In this document: positions 17,976 to 28,807 of the stretch, piece by piece
Position numbering within the stretch: the first letter of the stretch is position 1
Layout: each line of letters opens with the position of its first letter
Notes under the pieces: model-generated
Database searches by the model: none
What the model saw: the letters and a program-made list of their open reading frames with translations, nothing else
What the model was told of the DNA's origin: nothing
Position numbers and translations under genes: made by a program
IMG/VR virus record: IMGVR_UViG_3300036846_000489
Location: 11,089 to 75,088 of that record
Source of the DNA: a virus
Strand: one strand, 5' to 3'
Length of the DNA: 64,000 bases

Positions 17976-18851
17976 ATGAGCGGTATTCTCGGCGTCGGCA
18001 CCGGACTGCTGCAAGGTTCTGCCGGCAGTCTCATCAGTGGCGTTTCCCAGGCATTTCCGGCGGTCATGCAGCAGACCGGCCTGGGTGGTCTGCTGGCGTT
18101 CATCCGTCAGCCGAGAAGCATCGGCACGATCATCCCGGACGTGACCATCGAAGAGAATTTCGAGGATCGTCTCGCCGTCACGTCGCATCCAGTGGCAACC
18201 GGCAGTCCCATCCAGGACCACGCCTACCGTGAGCCACGACAATGCACGATGCGGATCGGCTTCACCAACGCCAATCCGGTCGGTGGCGCCGTCAGTGGCC
18301 TGCTCAGCGGTGGCAGCGGCCTGCTGGGCAGTTCCGGCGGTGGGCTGCTGTCCGGTGACATCGCCGGAGGTCTGACCGGCGCGGCCAACGGCTTGATCTC
18401 TTCGGCCTTAGAGCAACGTGCTCAGGACATGTATAAGAAACTGCTGGATTTGCAGTTCACCGAGGCGGCGTCGTTCGCCTCCACCGGTCCCCAGGCGGGA
18501 ACGCCAAACCAGCAGAGCAAGACCGGCACGGTCATTCCATTCCAACTGACCGCCGGAAAACGCACCTACCCGTCGATGGTGATCACCAGCATCAGCGTCA
18601 GGAACGACCACCGGACAGAATACGCCTGCATTCTGGAAGTGCGGATGCAGGAAGTCATGTTCGTCTCGGCGTCACTGTCCTCGCAGCCAAGCGGAGACAA
18701 TCAGGGCAAGCCAAGCCAGACACAATCGCCTGACAAAACCGGAGAAACCCAGCCAACCGGGGAGACCACGCTGCACAGCGGCTTTGGCTTTCTAGGCAAA
18801 GTTCCCGGATTTCTCGGAGACCTCATCAGTGGCATCACAGGAAACCCATGA
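17976..18851 (+). CDS. Dit-like/tube initiator baseplate protein
   Basis: PDVTIEE..HPV..G..I.DHAY.EP..TAGKRTY..M.I.S. Confidence 0.75.
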   Translation: MSGILGVGTGLLQGSAGSLISGVSQAFPAVMQQTGLGGLLAFIRQPRSIGTIIPDVTIEENFEDRLAVTSHPVATGSPIQDHAYREPRQCTMRIGFTNANPVGGAVSGLLSGGSGLLGSSGGGLLSGDIAGGLTGAANGLISSALEQRAQDMYKKLLDLQFTEAASFASTGPQAGTPNQQSKTGTVIPFQLTAGKRTYPSMVITSISVRNDHRTEYACILEVRMQEVMFVSASLSSQPSGDNQGKPSQTQSPDKTGETQPTGETTLHSGFGFLGKVPGFLGDLISGITGNP

Positions 18852-19207
18852 GCGGCACCTTCACACCCACCTTCTATGAAATACCATTGAACGGCCGGCC
18901 ACAGGTCTTCCCGATCACCCTGGCCGGAAATCCTCTCCGTCTGACCTTCAGCTACCGTGACAGCCAGATCGGCATGGGCGGCTGGGTGATGGACGTGGCC
19001 GACAGCGGCGGCGTGCCGATCCTGTGTGGGGTGCCTCTGGTCACCGGAGCCAATCTCTTGCAGCAGTATGACTATTTGGAGTTTGGTGGCGTGCTGTTCG
19101 TCATGACCGACGGCGATCAGGACGCGGTGCCGGGGTTCACCACCTTGGGCCAAATACCCGGAAGCCATCTCTATTGGATGCCCTTGCCAGGATCACCTTC
19201 GCCATGA
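18848..19207 (+). CDS. Baseplate protein (DUF6983-like)
   Basis: YEIPL..W.MDVAD..GVPLVTGANLL.QY. Confidence 0.75.
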   Translation: MSGTFTPTFYEIPLNGRPQVFPITLAGNPLRLTFSYRDSQIGMGGWVMDVADSGGVPILCGVPLVTGANLLQQYDYLEFGGVLFVMTDGDQDAVPGFTTLGQIPGSHLYWMPLPGSPSP

Positions 19208-20136
19208 GCGTCACCACCGCGAAAAATCAGCAGTCCACTACCACCGTATTAGACAATCGGGAACGTCGCGCTGATCCGTTGGAGGCCATTCAGTCCGGCC
19301 TGGACGGACGGCAGGCACAAATACACACCGGAATGCCGGGGCAGATCGTCAGCTACAATGCCGCGAAGATGACCGCCACGGTGCAGCTTTCCATTCAGGC
19401 GGTGCAGACCCAGAAGGACGGCACCAGAAAGAACATCTCCATCGCCCCCATTCAGGATGTGCCGGTGATGTTTCCCGGCGGCGGTAGCCACACCTTTACC
19501 TTTCCCATCGCAGCCGGTGACGAATGCTGGGTGGCGTTCTCGGAACGGAACATCGACGCTTGGTTTCAGCACGGTGGACCGAAGCCGCCGCCTGACTGGC
19601 GAATGCACGATGTCAACGATGCGGTCTGTTTTGTCGGGCTGCGCAATCAATCTCGGGTGCTGGGTGCGGATGGCAAAGCGCCGGTCGCCAGCAAAGATAC
19701 GACCACGCTGCGCAGTGATGACGGCAAGACCGTCGTGCAGATAGATGGTCCGAACAACGCGATCACCCTTTATGCCGCCGGCCAGACCGAAAGCGTGGTA
19801 TTCGTGGACGGCAAGAACCAGCAGATCACCACGATGGCGGGTGGCACAAAGACTGTGGTCGATGGCTCCGCTAATACGATCACCGTGACGGCGGCAACCG
19901 TGACGATGAGTGGCGATCTCCATGTGATGGGTGAGGTGTGGGGCAAGTTCCAGAGCGGCCCTGTGTCGGTCACGCAGCACATTCACAAGGCACTCAACCA
20001 GCCGCCGAATGTCGGCACGTTTGCGATACCCGCTGAGCCGCCGGTTATTACCGGAAGCTATGGCGGCATCGCGGCACTGAAGAACCTTTTACAATTTCTC
20101 GACCAACGCGGCGACATCGTGGATCAAAGCACATGA
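19204..20136 (+). CDS. Baseplate spike (Gp138-like)
   Basis: DVPV.FP.GG..TFPI..GDEC..F.ER.ID.W; C-terminal HxH iron motif (QHIH). Confidence 0.85.
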   Translation: MSVTTAKNQQSTTTVLDNRERRADPLEAIQSGLDGRQAQIHTGMPGQIVSYNAAKMTATVQLSIQAVQTQKDGTRKNISIAPIQDVPVMFPGGGSHTFTFPIAAGDECWVAFSERNIDAWFQHGGPKPPPDWRMHDVNDAVCFVGLRNQSRVLGADGKAPVASKDTTTLRSDDGKTVVQIDGPNNAITLYAAGQTESVVFVDGKNQQITTMAGGTKTVVDGSANTITVTAATVTMSGDLHVMGEVWGKFQSGPVSVTQHIHKALNQPPNVGTFAIPAEPPVITGSYGGIAALKNLLQFLDQRGDIVDQST

Positions 20137-20270
20137 GCGAAGAACCGAACCTGGAGCGTGACTTTCAGGAGACTGTGCTGATTTCACTGGCACGCATCGA
20201 AGCCATGCTGAAGCAAATGCTCGATCAGCAACTCCTTCCGGAAAAGCCAGAGCGGGGATTTGGGAATTGA
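20133..20270 (+). CDS. Small hypothetical protein (45 aa)
   Basis: ATGA overlap; MSEEPNLERDFQETVLISLARIEAMLKQML.. Confidence 0.5.
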   Translation: MSEEPNLERDFQETVLISLARIEAMLKQMLDQQLLPEKPERGFGN

Positions 20271-20800
20271 GATACCGGAAGCTCGATCCGGTGACCGGCG
20301 ACTATCGCTTCGGGCGCGGTCAAGGGGATTTTTACGTCAACGTCCCAGAGGCGGTCGGTCAGAGCGTCTACACCCGGCTTATGCTGTGGACCGGCCAGTG
20401 GTTTGCCGACCTGACTGAAGGCACGCCATGGGGCGCCGAGGTATTGGGAACCAACACCCGCTGGACGCGGGACATCGTGGTGCAGGAACGGGTGCAGACC
20501 ACCTACGGTGTGACCGACATCGCCGCCTACGCCTCGACGGTCAACGTCAACCGACGTTCCTTCACCGCCGCGATGACCGTGGACACCATCTACGGCACCG
20601 TGGTCTCAGTCCTGGCACCCTCCCTGCCCGCCACCATCCCGCCGTTGCCGGCACCAACTGTCGCGGCTCATCTGCTCGGCCTTGTCGGTGGCAACCCACC
20701 GAAGACCGGAACCGAGATGCAGCCGGCAGACCTAACCGCATCCGGTCAGGCACAGATCACCGACTTTCAGGTCACACGGGCAGACAGCGGGAGCTTCTGA
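20267..20800 (+). CDS. Baseplate wedge (gp25/GP46-like) with C-terminal extension
   Basis: RYRKLD..GDY.FG..EAVGQ..TRL.LW.GQWF.D..GTPW. Confidence 0.8.
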   Translation: MRYRKLDPVTGDYRFGRGQGDFYVNVPEAVGQSVYTRLMLWTGQWFADLTEGTPWGAEVLGTNTRWTRDIVVQERVQTTYGVTDIAAYASTVNVNRRSFTAAMTVDTIYGTVVSVLAPSLPATIPPLPAPTVAAHLLGLVGGNPPKTGTEMQPADLTASGQAQITDFQVTRADSGSF

Positions 20801-21294
20801 TGGACATCACAACCTCCCCGGTCATGGTCGTGATCCCCGGTCGAAGCCCGATGCCCCTCGTCCCGGCCCGTGGAAGGCCCGTGACGGCCGAGAAGCCGGC
20901 CCCCGCCCCTTACACCGCCCCTGGGCCTCCACGGCTTCCAGCGGCTCCCCAGCCGCTCCGGGTGCGGGCCAAAGGCCCCGAGCCGAAGGTGAAGCCAAAG
21001 GAGCCGCCTAAGGCTCCGGTCATCCTCTACGTGCCGCCCACACCATCCCTTCAGGTTGAGCCGTCTTGGCGGCTGGTCTTCACGGCACGGGTAGAGATGG
21101 CACAGAAGGCGGCACCGGCACCAAAGGCTCCGGCCCCGCCGCCCTATGTTCCCACCAATTTCGCGACTTACGTGGGACTTATTCCAAGCGGCGGGACCTT
21201 CGTCACATCAACACCAGCTAACCTGTTGATTGGGCCGGTAACTTACATTGCCGACTTCACCATTCATGCGCTGGACGCGGGAACCTACCTATGA
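20800..21294 (+). CDS. Pro-rich hypothetical protein
   Basis: TGATG coupled at 20800, ATGA coupled at 21291. Confidence 0.55.
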   Translation: MDITTSPVMVVIPGRSPMPLVPARGRPVTAEKPAPAPYTAPGPPRLPAAPQPLRVRAKGPEPKVKPKEPPKAPVILYVPPTPSLQVEPSWRLVFTARVEMAQKAAPAPKAPAPPPYVPTNFATYVGLIPSGGTFVTSTPANLLIGPVTYIADFTIHALDAGTYL

Positions 21295-22745
21295 GCGGAA
21301 CGGTTTCGCAGACTGCCGCCTATGTCGATAGCACCGGTATCCATGCGCCGAGCTATCAGGATTTGGTCGGCTTCCTGACCAGCCAGTTCCAGGCGATCTA
21401 CGGTGCCGACATCGTGGTGTCGCCGGACAGTCAGGACGGGCAATTGATTGGTATTTTCGCCCTGGCGCTCAGCGATCTCAACGCCGCCTGCATCGCGGTG
21501 TATAATTCCTTCAGCCCATCCACCGCCCAAGGCGTGGGGCTGTCGTCCAACGTCAAGATCAACGGAATGACCCGTGCCATTCCGAGCCAGTCCACGGTGC
21601 AGCTTCTGGTGACCGGCGTGGCCTATACGGTCATCAACAACGGTGTCGCCAGAGACGATGCCGGGAATTCATGGGCACTGCCATCGGCGGTGGAAATCGA
21701 TGCCACCGGACAGATCACCGTCACCGGCACATGCACGGTTCCCGGTGCGGTATTCGCGCTGCCCAACACGATCACCGAGATTGCCACCGTCACTCTTGGC
21801 TGGCAGAGCGTGACCAACCCGGCTGCCGCCGATCTTGGGGCACCATTGGAAACCGATGCGGCGCTGCGTCAGAGGCAGGCGACCTCTACGGCGGTGCCGT
21901 CTGTGACCGTGCTGTCTGGTATTGTCGGCGCGGTGCTGAAGCTCTCCGGTGTGACCTCGTGCGTGCCGTATGAGAACGACACAAATACCGATTATACAAC
22001 CGCGCCAATCACCACGACCACGACCGCTCTGGTGGCGTCGGGCGCAACGGTTATCCCGGTGACTTCGGTTGCTGGAATGGCAGCGGGCCAACCGATTGCC
22101 GCCGCCGGAATTCCGGCCAACACGACCATTTCTTCGATTGCGGCGCTGAATGTCACGATCTCGCACGCAACCACCGCCAGCATCGCGTCTGGTGCGACGA
22201 TCACCGTCACCGGACCAGGAACGCCGCCCATCGGTGAAGGTCCATTGCCGCCACATTCCATCAGCCTCGTGGTCCAGGGCGGCGATCCGGTGGCAATCTG
22301 CAATACCATTCTCATGCACAAGACGCCCGGTTGCTACACCTACGGCACAACCAGGAGAACGGTGGACGATGGTTACGGCCTGCCCCACGACATCGGCTTC
22401 TACATTCCGACGCCGGTCAATGTCGGGGTGAGCATCAATCTGAAAGCCGGCGCGGGGTATTCCAGCATCATTGGAAGCCAGATCAGCGCCGCCGTCGCCT
22501 CCTACATCAATGCTCTCGGCTCCGGCGAGCCGGTGGTGTGGAGCAAGCTGTGGCTGCCGGCCAACCTGTGCGACTGGACCACGGGCGTGCCGACCAATGC
22601 CACCGGCACATACGACATCACCCAGATCACCCAAGGCACCCCACCAAGCGGCACGGCGGTGGGCTACGGCATGACCAATATTCCCATCAGCATTTTCCAG
22701 ATTGCACAGTGCCAAGTCTCTGACGTGATCGTCCACGCCTCGTGA
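21291..22745 (+). CDS. Baseplate J-like protein with inserted 69-aa beta domain
   Basis: G.DI..DSQDGQ..FSPSTAQGVGLS..ETDAALRQRQ..YENDT..LPPHSISLVVQGG. Confidence 0.9.
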   Translation: MSGTVSQTAAYVDSTGIHAPSYQDLVGFLTSQFQAIYGADIVVSPDSQDGQLIGIFALALSDLNAACIAVYNSFSPSTAQGVGLSSNVKINGMTRAIPSQSTVQLLVTGVAYTVINNGVARDDAGNSWALPSAVEIDATGQITVTGTCTVPGAVFALPNTITEIATVTLGWQSVTNPAAADLGAPLETDAALRQRQATSTAVPSVTVLSGIVGAVLKLSGVTSCVPYENDTNTDYTTAPITTTTTALVASGATVIPVTSVAGMAAGQPIAAAGIPANTTISSIAALNVTISHATTASIASGATITVTGPGTPPIGEGPLPPHSISLVVQGGDPVAICNTILMHKTPGCYTYGTTRRTVDDGYGLPHDIGFYIPTPVNVGVSINLKAGAGYSSIIGSQISAAVASYINALGSGEPVVWSKLWLPANLCDWTTGVPTNATGTYDITQITQGTPPSGTAVGYGMTNIPISIFQIAQCQVSDVIVHAS

Positions 22746-23425
22746 CGCTCTACGAATACATTGCGCTGATCCCGTCGTTCAACGCCGGGAAGCCGCGTTT
22801 TGTCAATACTCTGGCGGCGTTGATCCAGCCGCTCATCGACGCCCAGGACCTGTTGGCCTCGCTCACCGCAGACTTCGACCTCGACACCGCGGTCGGCGTG
22901 CAACTCGATATCGTGGGTCAGTGGCTGGGTCGCACACGGTATCTGACCGAGCCGATCACCGGGGTCTACTTCGCGTTCCACACCCCCACCGATCCGGTGC
23001 AACGCGACGGCTTTGATCAAGGTATTTGGCTCGGTCCTTATGATCCGACCACCAAGATCATCGCCATGCCGGACGATGCCTACCGGAAAATCCTCAAGTT
23101 ACAGGCCATCGCCAATCACTGGGACGGGACGGTTCCGTCCATCCAGGAAGCGTTCAACAACGTCTTCCCCGGCGTGGTGGTCCAGGACATGGGCGACACG
23201 TCCGGTGGCCTCATGGTCATGGACGTGCTGATCCCTGGCATCGAGATGAGCAGTCTGGAACTTGCCGCCCTGGAGCAAGACTTTCCCATCAAGCCGTCCG
23301 GGGTGCGGGTGAACATCATCGAAAGCAGCGTCACCACCACACCGCTGTTTGGCTTCAACGTGGACGGTAGCATCATCGGCGGCTTCGACCACGGCTCTTG
23401 GGGCGTCGTGATCCAATCGACGTAA
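22742..23425 (+). CDS. Baseplate protein (DUF2612)
   Basis: FDLDTAVGVQLDIVGQWLG..DD.YR..N.WDGT. Confidence 0.9.
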   Translation: MTLYEYIALIPSFNAGKPRFVNTLAALIQPLIDAQDLLASLTADFDLDTAVGVQLDIVGQWLGRTRYLTEPITGVYFAFHTPTDPVQRDGFDQGIWLGPYDPTTKIIAMPDDAYRKILKLQAIANHWDGTVPSIQEAFNNVFPGVVVQDMGDTSGGLMVMDVLIPGIEMSSLELAALEQDFPIKPSGVRVNIIESSVTTTPLFGFNVDGSIIGGFDHGSWGVVIQST

Positions 23426-23434
23426 GGGAAACAA

Positions 23435-25411
23435 ATGGCAACCAACGACTTCCTCGCGTTCGCGGCAGACCCTGCGGCCAACGTCATGCTGCAAACCGAC
23501 TACGCGGCAACCGGCTTCACGCCGCGTATTCTGGGCTTTCAGACCGGCACCGCGCTCAGCATTCAGTTGAACAAGGTCTGGCGGCAGGCCAGCCTGATCT
23601 CGGCCATGATCGGCCAGTTTCCCGTCACGTCGATTGGCGCCGACATGAAGGACGATGGAAGCGCGGCAGGTCAGGCGGCGCTCCTGACGAACTTCACCAA
23701 TGCCGTTGCCCAGGTCGGCGGTGCCGGCCTCGCGGGGAAATACCTGCCGCTTACCGGTGGAATACTGACCGGCCCTCTCGGGATAAACGCCGGATCAAAT
23801 CAACTGTATATTTCCGGCACCACCGGCAGCCACGCTATTGCCACGATGACGCGAAACCCCGGTCTGGTGGCACGTTGGGAAGCGTTGTCGAACAATCAGG
23901 CGCGCTGGACGCTGGACATTGCCGATGGAACACCAGAGACAGGGAACAACCTCGGCAGCAACTTCTCCGTCTCGCGATACAACGATGCCGGTGCCTATCT
24001 GGAAACTCCGTTCTCGATTGCCCGCTCGACCGGCATTGTGCAATTCACTCATCCGCCCCAGGTCAACGGTGGCCCGTTGCCCTACCTGCCGATTACCGGT
24101 GGCACCCTGACCGGTGCGCTTGGTCTTCCCCTTCCGGGCATCTACTACAATGGCACCGCCGGCCATTGGCTCGCATTCGATTGGGATGGCAGCTTTATTC
24201 GTGGCTGGGTCGATGGCGGCAGCGTGGTCTATCAGCTTGCTCACGTTGGTTGGGTCAATTCCCTGGTCGGCAATTATGTCAACAAGGGCGGCGACATCAT
24301 CTACAATTGGTTCGAAGCGGATTGCAACGTCACCATCGACGGGTCGCTGTTCAATCGCTCGACGGTGTATTTTTCCAACCTCAGCGACTTCGCCAATTTC
24401 ACCGGAGGCAACTGGCGTTACCGGCAATGGGCCGGCAACTGGTATGACGCATGGGACGGTGCCAGCGGCACAAGAATTTGGGTGAACGGTCCCACCGGCA
24501 CCAACATGACGCTGGACCCGTATGCCAATCTGGCGATCAGCGGCACCTTGCACGTCTACGGTGGCCGGCTCGCGGTCGGCCAATACGGCTCGATCTCGGT
24601 TTATCATCCCCAGACCAGCCAAGGATTGTGGGCCGCAGCGGACGGTCTGTGGTTCGGTTGGAACGACAACAGCGCCAACCCTCAACGTGGCCTTCTTCGC
24701 CTGGGAAACGACGGCGTGCTGGCGAGTTGGTATGGCATTGTCAGCTACGGCTGGATACAGAGCAGCCAATGGGCATCATTCGGCTCCGATGTCACGGTCG
24801 GCGGCCACCTTCAGGTCAACAGCAATGCCGACATCAACGGCTACATGAACAGCCAAAGCTGGGTGCATGCCCACGGCGATATGTGGTGCGATGGCAATTT
24901 CACCGCCAATGGCTGGGCCACTTTCCAGAACCCGACCAACGTCTACGGCCCAGGCCGCTTCATGGTGCATTCCAATCAGCCGGCGATTGGTCTTGATTTC
25001 GTCGGCAATTACGGCATGGGCATCTGCATCAATTACGCCCTTGGCGCCGCGATGGTATTTACCATGATGGACGGTGGCGCCAACCCGACCGGCTGGCTCG
25101 GCTTTCTCAATACCGCCGGCGTCTGGGGCGGCTATTATTTCCAGACCGTCTCCGGTCGTGACATCAAAAAGAACATCGATGGATCGCCTGAGTTCGACAG
25201 CCTTGCCGCCATTTCTCGGATCGCGACGCACAGCTACGATATGAAGGAAAATGACGTGCATCGTGATTTTGGCTTCATTGCCGAGGAGGTTGCCGAGCAA
25301 CTTCCCGATGCCGTCGAAGACCACGGCGCCGGCCCGATGCTGGATATCATGACCTTGATTGCCCACGCCTATCGTGCCATTGCGCAATTGGAAGCCAAGC
25401 TGGCGCACTGA
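23435..25411 (+). CDS. Tail fibre with C-terminal S74-type chaperone
   Basis: ATNDFLAFA..GFQTG..QLNKVWRQ baseplate-attachment N-terminus; S..DIKKNI..FGFIAEEV..P.AV. Confidence 0.9.
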   Translation: MATNDFLAFAADPAANVMLQTDYAATGFTPRILGFQTGTALSIQLNKVWRQASLISAMIGQFPVTSIGADMKDDGSAAGQAALLTNFTNAVAQVGGAGLAGKYLPLTGGILTGPLGINAGSNQLYISGTTGSHAIATMTRNPGLVARWEALSNNQARWTLDIADGTPETGNNLGSNFSVSRYNDAGAYLETPFSIARSTGIVQFTHPPQVNGGPLPYLPITGGTLTGALGLPLPGIYYNGTAGHWLAFDWDGSFIRGWVDGGSVVYQLAHVGWVNSLVGNYVNKGGDIIYNWFEADCNVTIDGSLFNRSTVYFSNLSDFANFTGGNWRYRQWAGNWYDAWDGASGTRIWVNGPTGTNMTLDPYANLAISGTLHVYGGRLAVGQYGSISVYHPQTSQGLWAAADGLWFGWNDNSANPQRGLLRLGNDGVLASWYGIVSYGWIQSSQWASFGSDVTVGGHLQVNSNADINGYMNSQSWVHAHGDMWCDGNFTANGWATFQNPTNVYGPGRFMVHSNQPAIGLDFVGNYGMGICINYALGAAMVFTMMDGGANPTGWLGFLNTAGVWGGYYFQTVSGRDIKKNIDGSPEFDSLAAISRIATHSYDMKENDVHRDFGFIAEEVAEQLPDAVEDHGAGPMLDIMTLIAHAYRAIAQLEAKLAH

Positions 25412-25422
25412 AAGGAGAATAA

Positions 25423-25626
25423 ATGCCTGATTATCCTAGCGTCCCGGTCGCGGACCCGGCCACCGCGAATGTCGAAACCGGACCAACGCCGATGCCTCCC
25501 GACATCGGGCCGCTGCAAACCATCCCTAAGGCCGCGCCGCCGCCGCCTTCGCCGCCAGACGGCATGACCATCGGCACGGCTGAAGCACCACCGATGGTCG
25601 CGCCGCCAATCCCCCCACTGCCATAG
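25423..25626 (+). CDS. Pro-rich small protein
   Basis: SD AAGGAG; in operon. Confidence 0.5.
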   Translation: MPDYPSVPVADPATANVETGPTPMPPDIGPLQTIPKAAPPPPSPPDGMTIGTAEAPPMVAPPIPPLP

Positions 25627-25638
25627 GAGACCGCACTA

Positions 25639-25857
25639 ATGTCAGGCACTACCCCACGTTCGGTGCAAGAGCCGGAAATCACCTGGACCATGCCATTGAG
25701 TTCGGCACGGTTCGTGCTCTCGATCATCGCCAAGCAGCCCTACGAAACCGTCAACACGCTGTTCCGCATGCTGGAAGAACAGGGCAATGCCCAGGTTCGG
25801 CAGTTTGAACAACAGATGCAGCATCGGGGGAACGGCGAGGATAGGCCACTCGCATGA
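25639..25857 (+). CDS. Hypothetical protein
   Basis: SD GGAG; L..IAKQPYE.V..L..L..Q motif common after fibre genes. Confidence 0.55.
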   Translation: MSGTTPRSVQEPEITWTMPLSSARFVLSIIAKQPYETVNTLFRMLEEQGNAQVRQFEQQMQHRGNGEDRPLA

Positions 25858-26027
25858 GCCTAATATGGGTTCTGATCATCGTCCTGCTGGTGGTTGTGCT
25901 GGTCGGCGGTGGTGGTGGCCATTATTACGGCTGGTATGGTGCCTCGCCGTATTTTGGTCCCGGCATTGGCATCGTCGGCGTGATCCTTGTGGTTTTGGTC
26001 TTGCTTGTGCTCATGGGCCGCATCTGA
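25854..26027 (+). CDS. DUF3309-like small two-TM membrane protein (57 aa)
   Basis: MSLIWVLIIVLLVVVLVGGGGGHYYGWYGASPYFGPGIGIVGVILVVLVLLVLMGRI. Confidence 0.7.
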   Translation: MSLIWVLIIVLLVVVLVGGGGGHYYGWYGASPYFGPGIGIVGVILVVLVLLVLMGRI

Positions 26028-26062
26028 TAGCCTTCCCGCTTCCTCAACACTGTTCCCCTGAG

Positions 26063-26091
26063 GCCCCGCTCTCCCAAGCGGGGCTTTTTTT
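26063..26091 (+). terminator. Intrinsic terminator ending the late operon
   Basis: GCCCCGCT-ctccca-AGCGGGGC followed by T7. Confidence 0.85.
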
Positions 26092-27459
26092 ATTCCTTTT
26101 TCCTCGGGGGCGAAGCGATCCACAACGCCAACGCCGTCACCCCGATCCACATCCCTATGGTGATCGCGGCGACGATGGAAAGCAGCCACCAGAGGCTCAT
26201 TCCGGCCGGAACTTCGGCCTGAGCGCCTCGACCTCGTCAAGCAGCCACGTGATAGCGAGCCGGTCGATCCGGGTGGATACGGAAATACGCTCATTGCACT
26301 CGGCGATGACGTGCGTCAGCACCCGGCTGATCAGGTCACATTCGCGGTCGGTAAGTTCGACGGTCATCGGCCCTTCCTTCACTCGTCACGACTGTTGCCC
26401 GCCAGCCCTTCTGGCGGAAATACTCGCGTATTTGGTCAGACGACCAACCGATCATCCGGCGCAGGATCGGCGCAGCACGAATGCAATATCCGTCACGGAC
26501 GATCAGTCCGGCGACAAAGTGTGGTGCGACCACACGAACCAGGGTTTCCATAGGTCGGTCTCGCTCACCACTTCGGTCGTGTAGAAGCCGATATTGGCAT
26601 AGGCACGGTCTAGCGCTATGCTCGCCAATGTGATACCGGCCACCAAGAGCCACCGCGATCCGCCTAGCCTAACGTCCCCTCGGGTAGTGGCGTGGAACCG
26701 GTGCACGACCTACGAGCGCCGGAGATTTTTAACGCTGCTCAACGATACCCAGGAACCAAAGGACTTGCCCCATGAGTGAATACCAGAGTGAGCTGGTGCG
26801 TGAGCTGTATATACAAATCAAGCAGCTTGAGCGCGAGAACGCGGACCTGAAACGCCAGAACGCCGAGCTGCGTGGAGCGGTTGCAGCATTGATGGATCCT
26901 ACATCTGTAAAGTTTTCTGACACTCTCGGCGTTTCCCCACAAGAGGGAGCGGTCCAGGGCGTTGCATCGCGTGGCAGGCCGGCACAGCGAACGAGCAGGA
27001 ACTCATCCGGCTGATGGACAAGATTGTCCAGGCCACCGGCTCAGGCGTCGAGATGGACCCCGGCAGGTGCGTGGCGGGACCGGTGGACACCGTCAGCAAG
27101 ACGCTTCAGCGGCTGGAGCCGACCCTCGATCCCGCCGAAGTTTCCGGTGATACTTGAAGCGTGCAACGACGCACCAGCTTTTGGCGCGCAGCGGGTCAAT
27201 CGTCCAGGCATGTATTCCGTTCTTTTCTCCGCAATAGAGCGTGCCGTCCTGCGGGGTGCGCAGATACCATCTCATGTCGCACTTCGTGCGAAGCGTTTCT
27301 GGTAGCAGGTCATACACAGCCTCTGGCCTTCCTTGATCTTCGGGTTTTGCGCGTGGGTATAGCCGAACGAAGCGTCGGCACGGCACCGGTCACAGAGAAA
27401 CTTGCTGTCCCGCCGCATCGGGATCGGCAGCCGATGAGACCTCGGCTCTTTCTTGCGGA

Positions 27460-27738
27460 TCATTGGAACCTCTCGGGCGCGTGCTGTTTCGCCGCGTCCA
27501 TGAAATAGTGTGCCAACATCATCATGACCTCCCCGCGTTTGATCTGGTAATTGTCGGCGGTGGTTAGCGCCACGCTGACCGTCACGTTCATCAGGGCGGT
27601 TAGCGTATCGCCGGGCATATGGCCTTCCCCAACCAGCCGGTTGGCAAGCGCACCGAACAGGTCGGCCATGAAGCCGATGTTTGGCGGCACCTCCTTGGTG
27701 AAGTGATAATCGAGCGTCTGGGTCCAGTTCTCGGTCAT
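27460..27738 (-). CDS. Hypothetical protein
   Basis: ATG 27738 overlapping the gcrA stop. Confidence 0.5.
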   Translation of the reverse strand: MTENWTQTLDYHFTKEVPPNIGFMADLFGALANRLVGEGHMPGDTLTALMNVTVSVALTTADNYQIKRGEVMMMLAHYFMDAAKQHAPERFQ

Positions 27739-28199
27739 AGCGCTGTCTCCCGCCGATCTTTGATCTTGACATAGGCCAGCCGGCAATGATCGGCACAATA
27801 CGACCGGCCTGGATCGGACGGCTTGCCGCAGAACCGAAAGCTTGCCGTTCCCGGCTCTCCCAGCGGCCAGGAGCAGGTTCGGGGCGGGGGCGGCGGCCTT
27901 ACCACCGGCTCGAACCTCACCGCCGTCCTGGGGCCTCCTGGGGGCTGTGGCGACGGTGTCGGCGGCTTCGCCGCCCGGCGGGCGATGATGGTGGCGCGCT
28001 TGGTCTCTTCCCGCCGAGCCTGTATGCCAGGATCGTTGCTCTTGATCGGCGATCCGCGAGCCGGCAATCCGAGCCGATGTGCCTTCCCCGCGACCGCGCT
28101 CGCGCTGACGCCGCCGACTTCCTTGGCGATCACCGAACAGAAATGCCCCTCCGGCCACATCCGGCGCAGGGTCGCCAGCATCTTGTCGGTCCATTCCAT
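27735..28199 (-). CDS. gcrA: GcrA cell-cycle regulator homolog
   Basis: MEWT..L..MW.EG..S.IA..GGVS..AV.GKAHRLGL and C.WPLGEP..F.FCG..YC..H..AY. Confidence 0.92.
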   Translation of the reverse strand: MEWTDKMLATLRRMWPEGHFCSVIAKEVGGVSASAVAGKAHRLGLPARGSPIKSNDPGIQARREETKRATIIARRAAKPPTPSPQPPGGPRTAVRFEPVVRPPPPPRTCSWPLGEPGTASFRFCGKPSDPGRSYCADHCRLAYVKIKDRRETAL

Positions 28200-28807
28200 C
28201 AGTGCAGCATCCGGTGGTTGCCGTCGTAGGCGATGTCGAACAGGTCGCGGTCGATCAGCCCGTTATCTTCATAGTATTTCCGCATCACCTCATTGGCCGC
28301 ACTGCGGGAGAGCCGCGTCGCATCGGTGTCCAGGCAGATGGTCTGAGCATATAGTATTTCCCCGTCTGCGGCGTCCGACCGAAGAACCATGGATTGCGTG
28401 GGAGCGTGGAACTTCACCCAATCGGGATACGGCTGCTTCATCTCCCCGTTCAGCATGTGGGTTTCCAGGACGCCATAAATACCATGAACGGTCTGCACCG
28501 CCCTGGCGCTCTCGCGCTTCGCCTGAATGGAAATCTGGCGGTTCACTCTGACCGACATCAGCCCGCCGACACACATCGGCTGAAGCTCCCGGCGGGTCTG
28601 CTGAGTGGCAATCATCAGTTCGAACTGCTCGTCCGGGTCCACGTTGCAATCAATCGCGAACATGATGATCGAGCGATATCGGCCCTGGGTATAATCCGCC
28701 AGGGTGCCGCCGTTGCTGAGAAAGTTCACGGTGGCACCTTCCAACGGCTGATTTCGCATCCTGACGTTGGCCGGGATGATGTGGTCGAGCAGGAAATCTC
28801 GGATCAT
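28199..28807 (-). CDS. Hypothetical protein
   Basis: Coupled to flanking genes; MIRDFLLDH start. Confidence 0.55.
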   Translation of the reverse strand: MIRDFLLDHIIPANVRMRNQPLEGATVNFLSNGGTLADYTQGRYRSIIMFAIDCNVDPDEQFELMIATQQTRRELQPMCVGGLMSVRVNRQISIQAKRESARAVQTVHGIYGVLETHMLNGEMKQPYPDWVKFHAPTQSMVLRSDAADGEILYAQTICLDTDATRLSRSAANEVMRKYYEDNGLIDRDLFDIAYDGNHRMLH

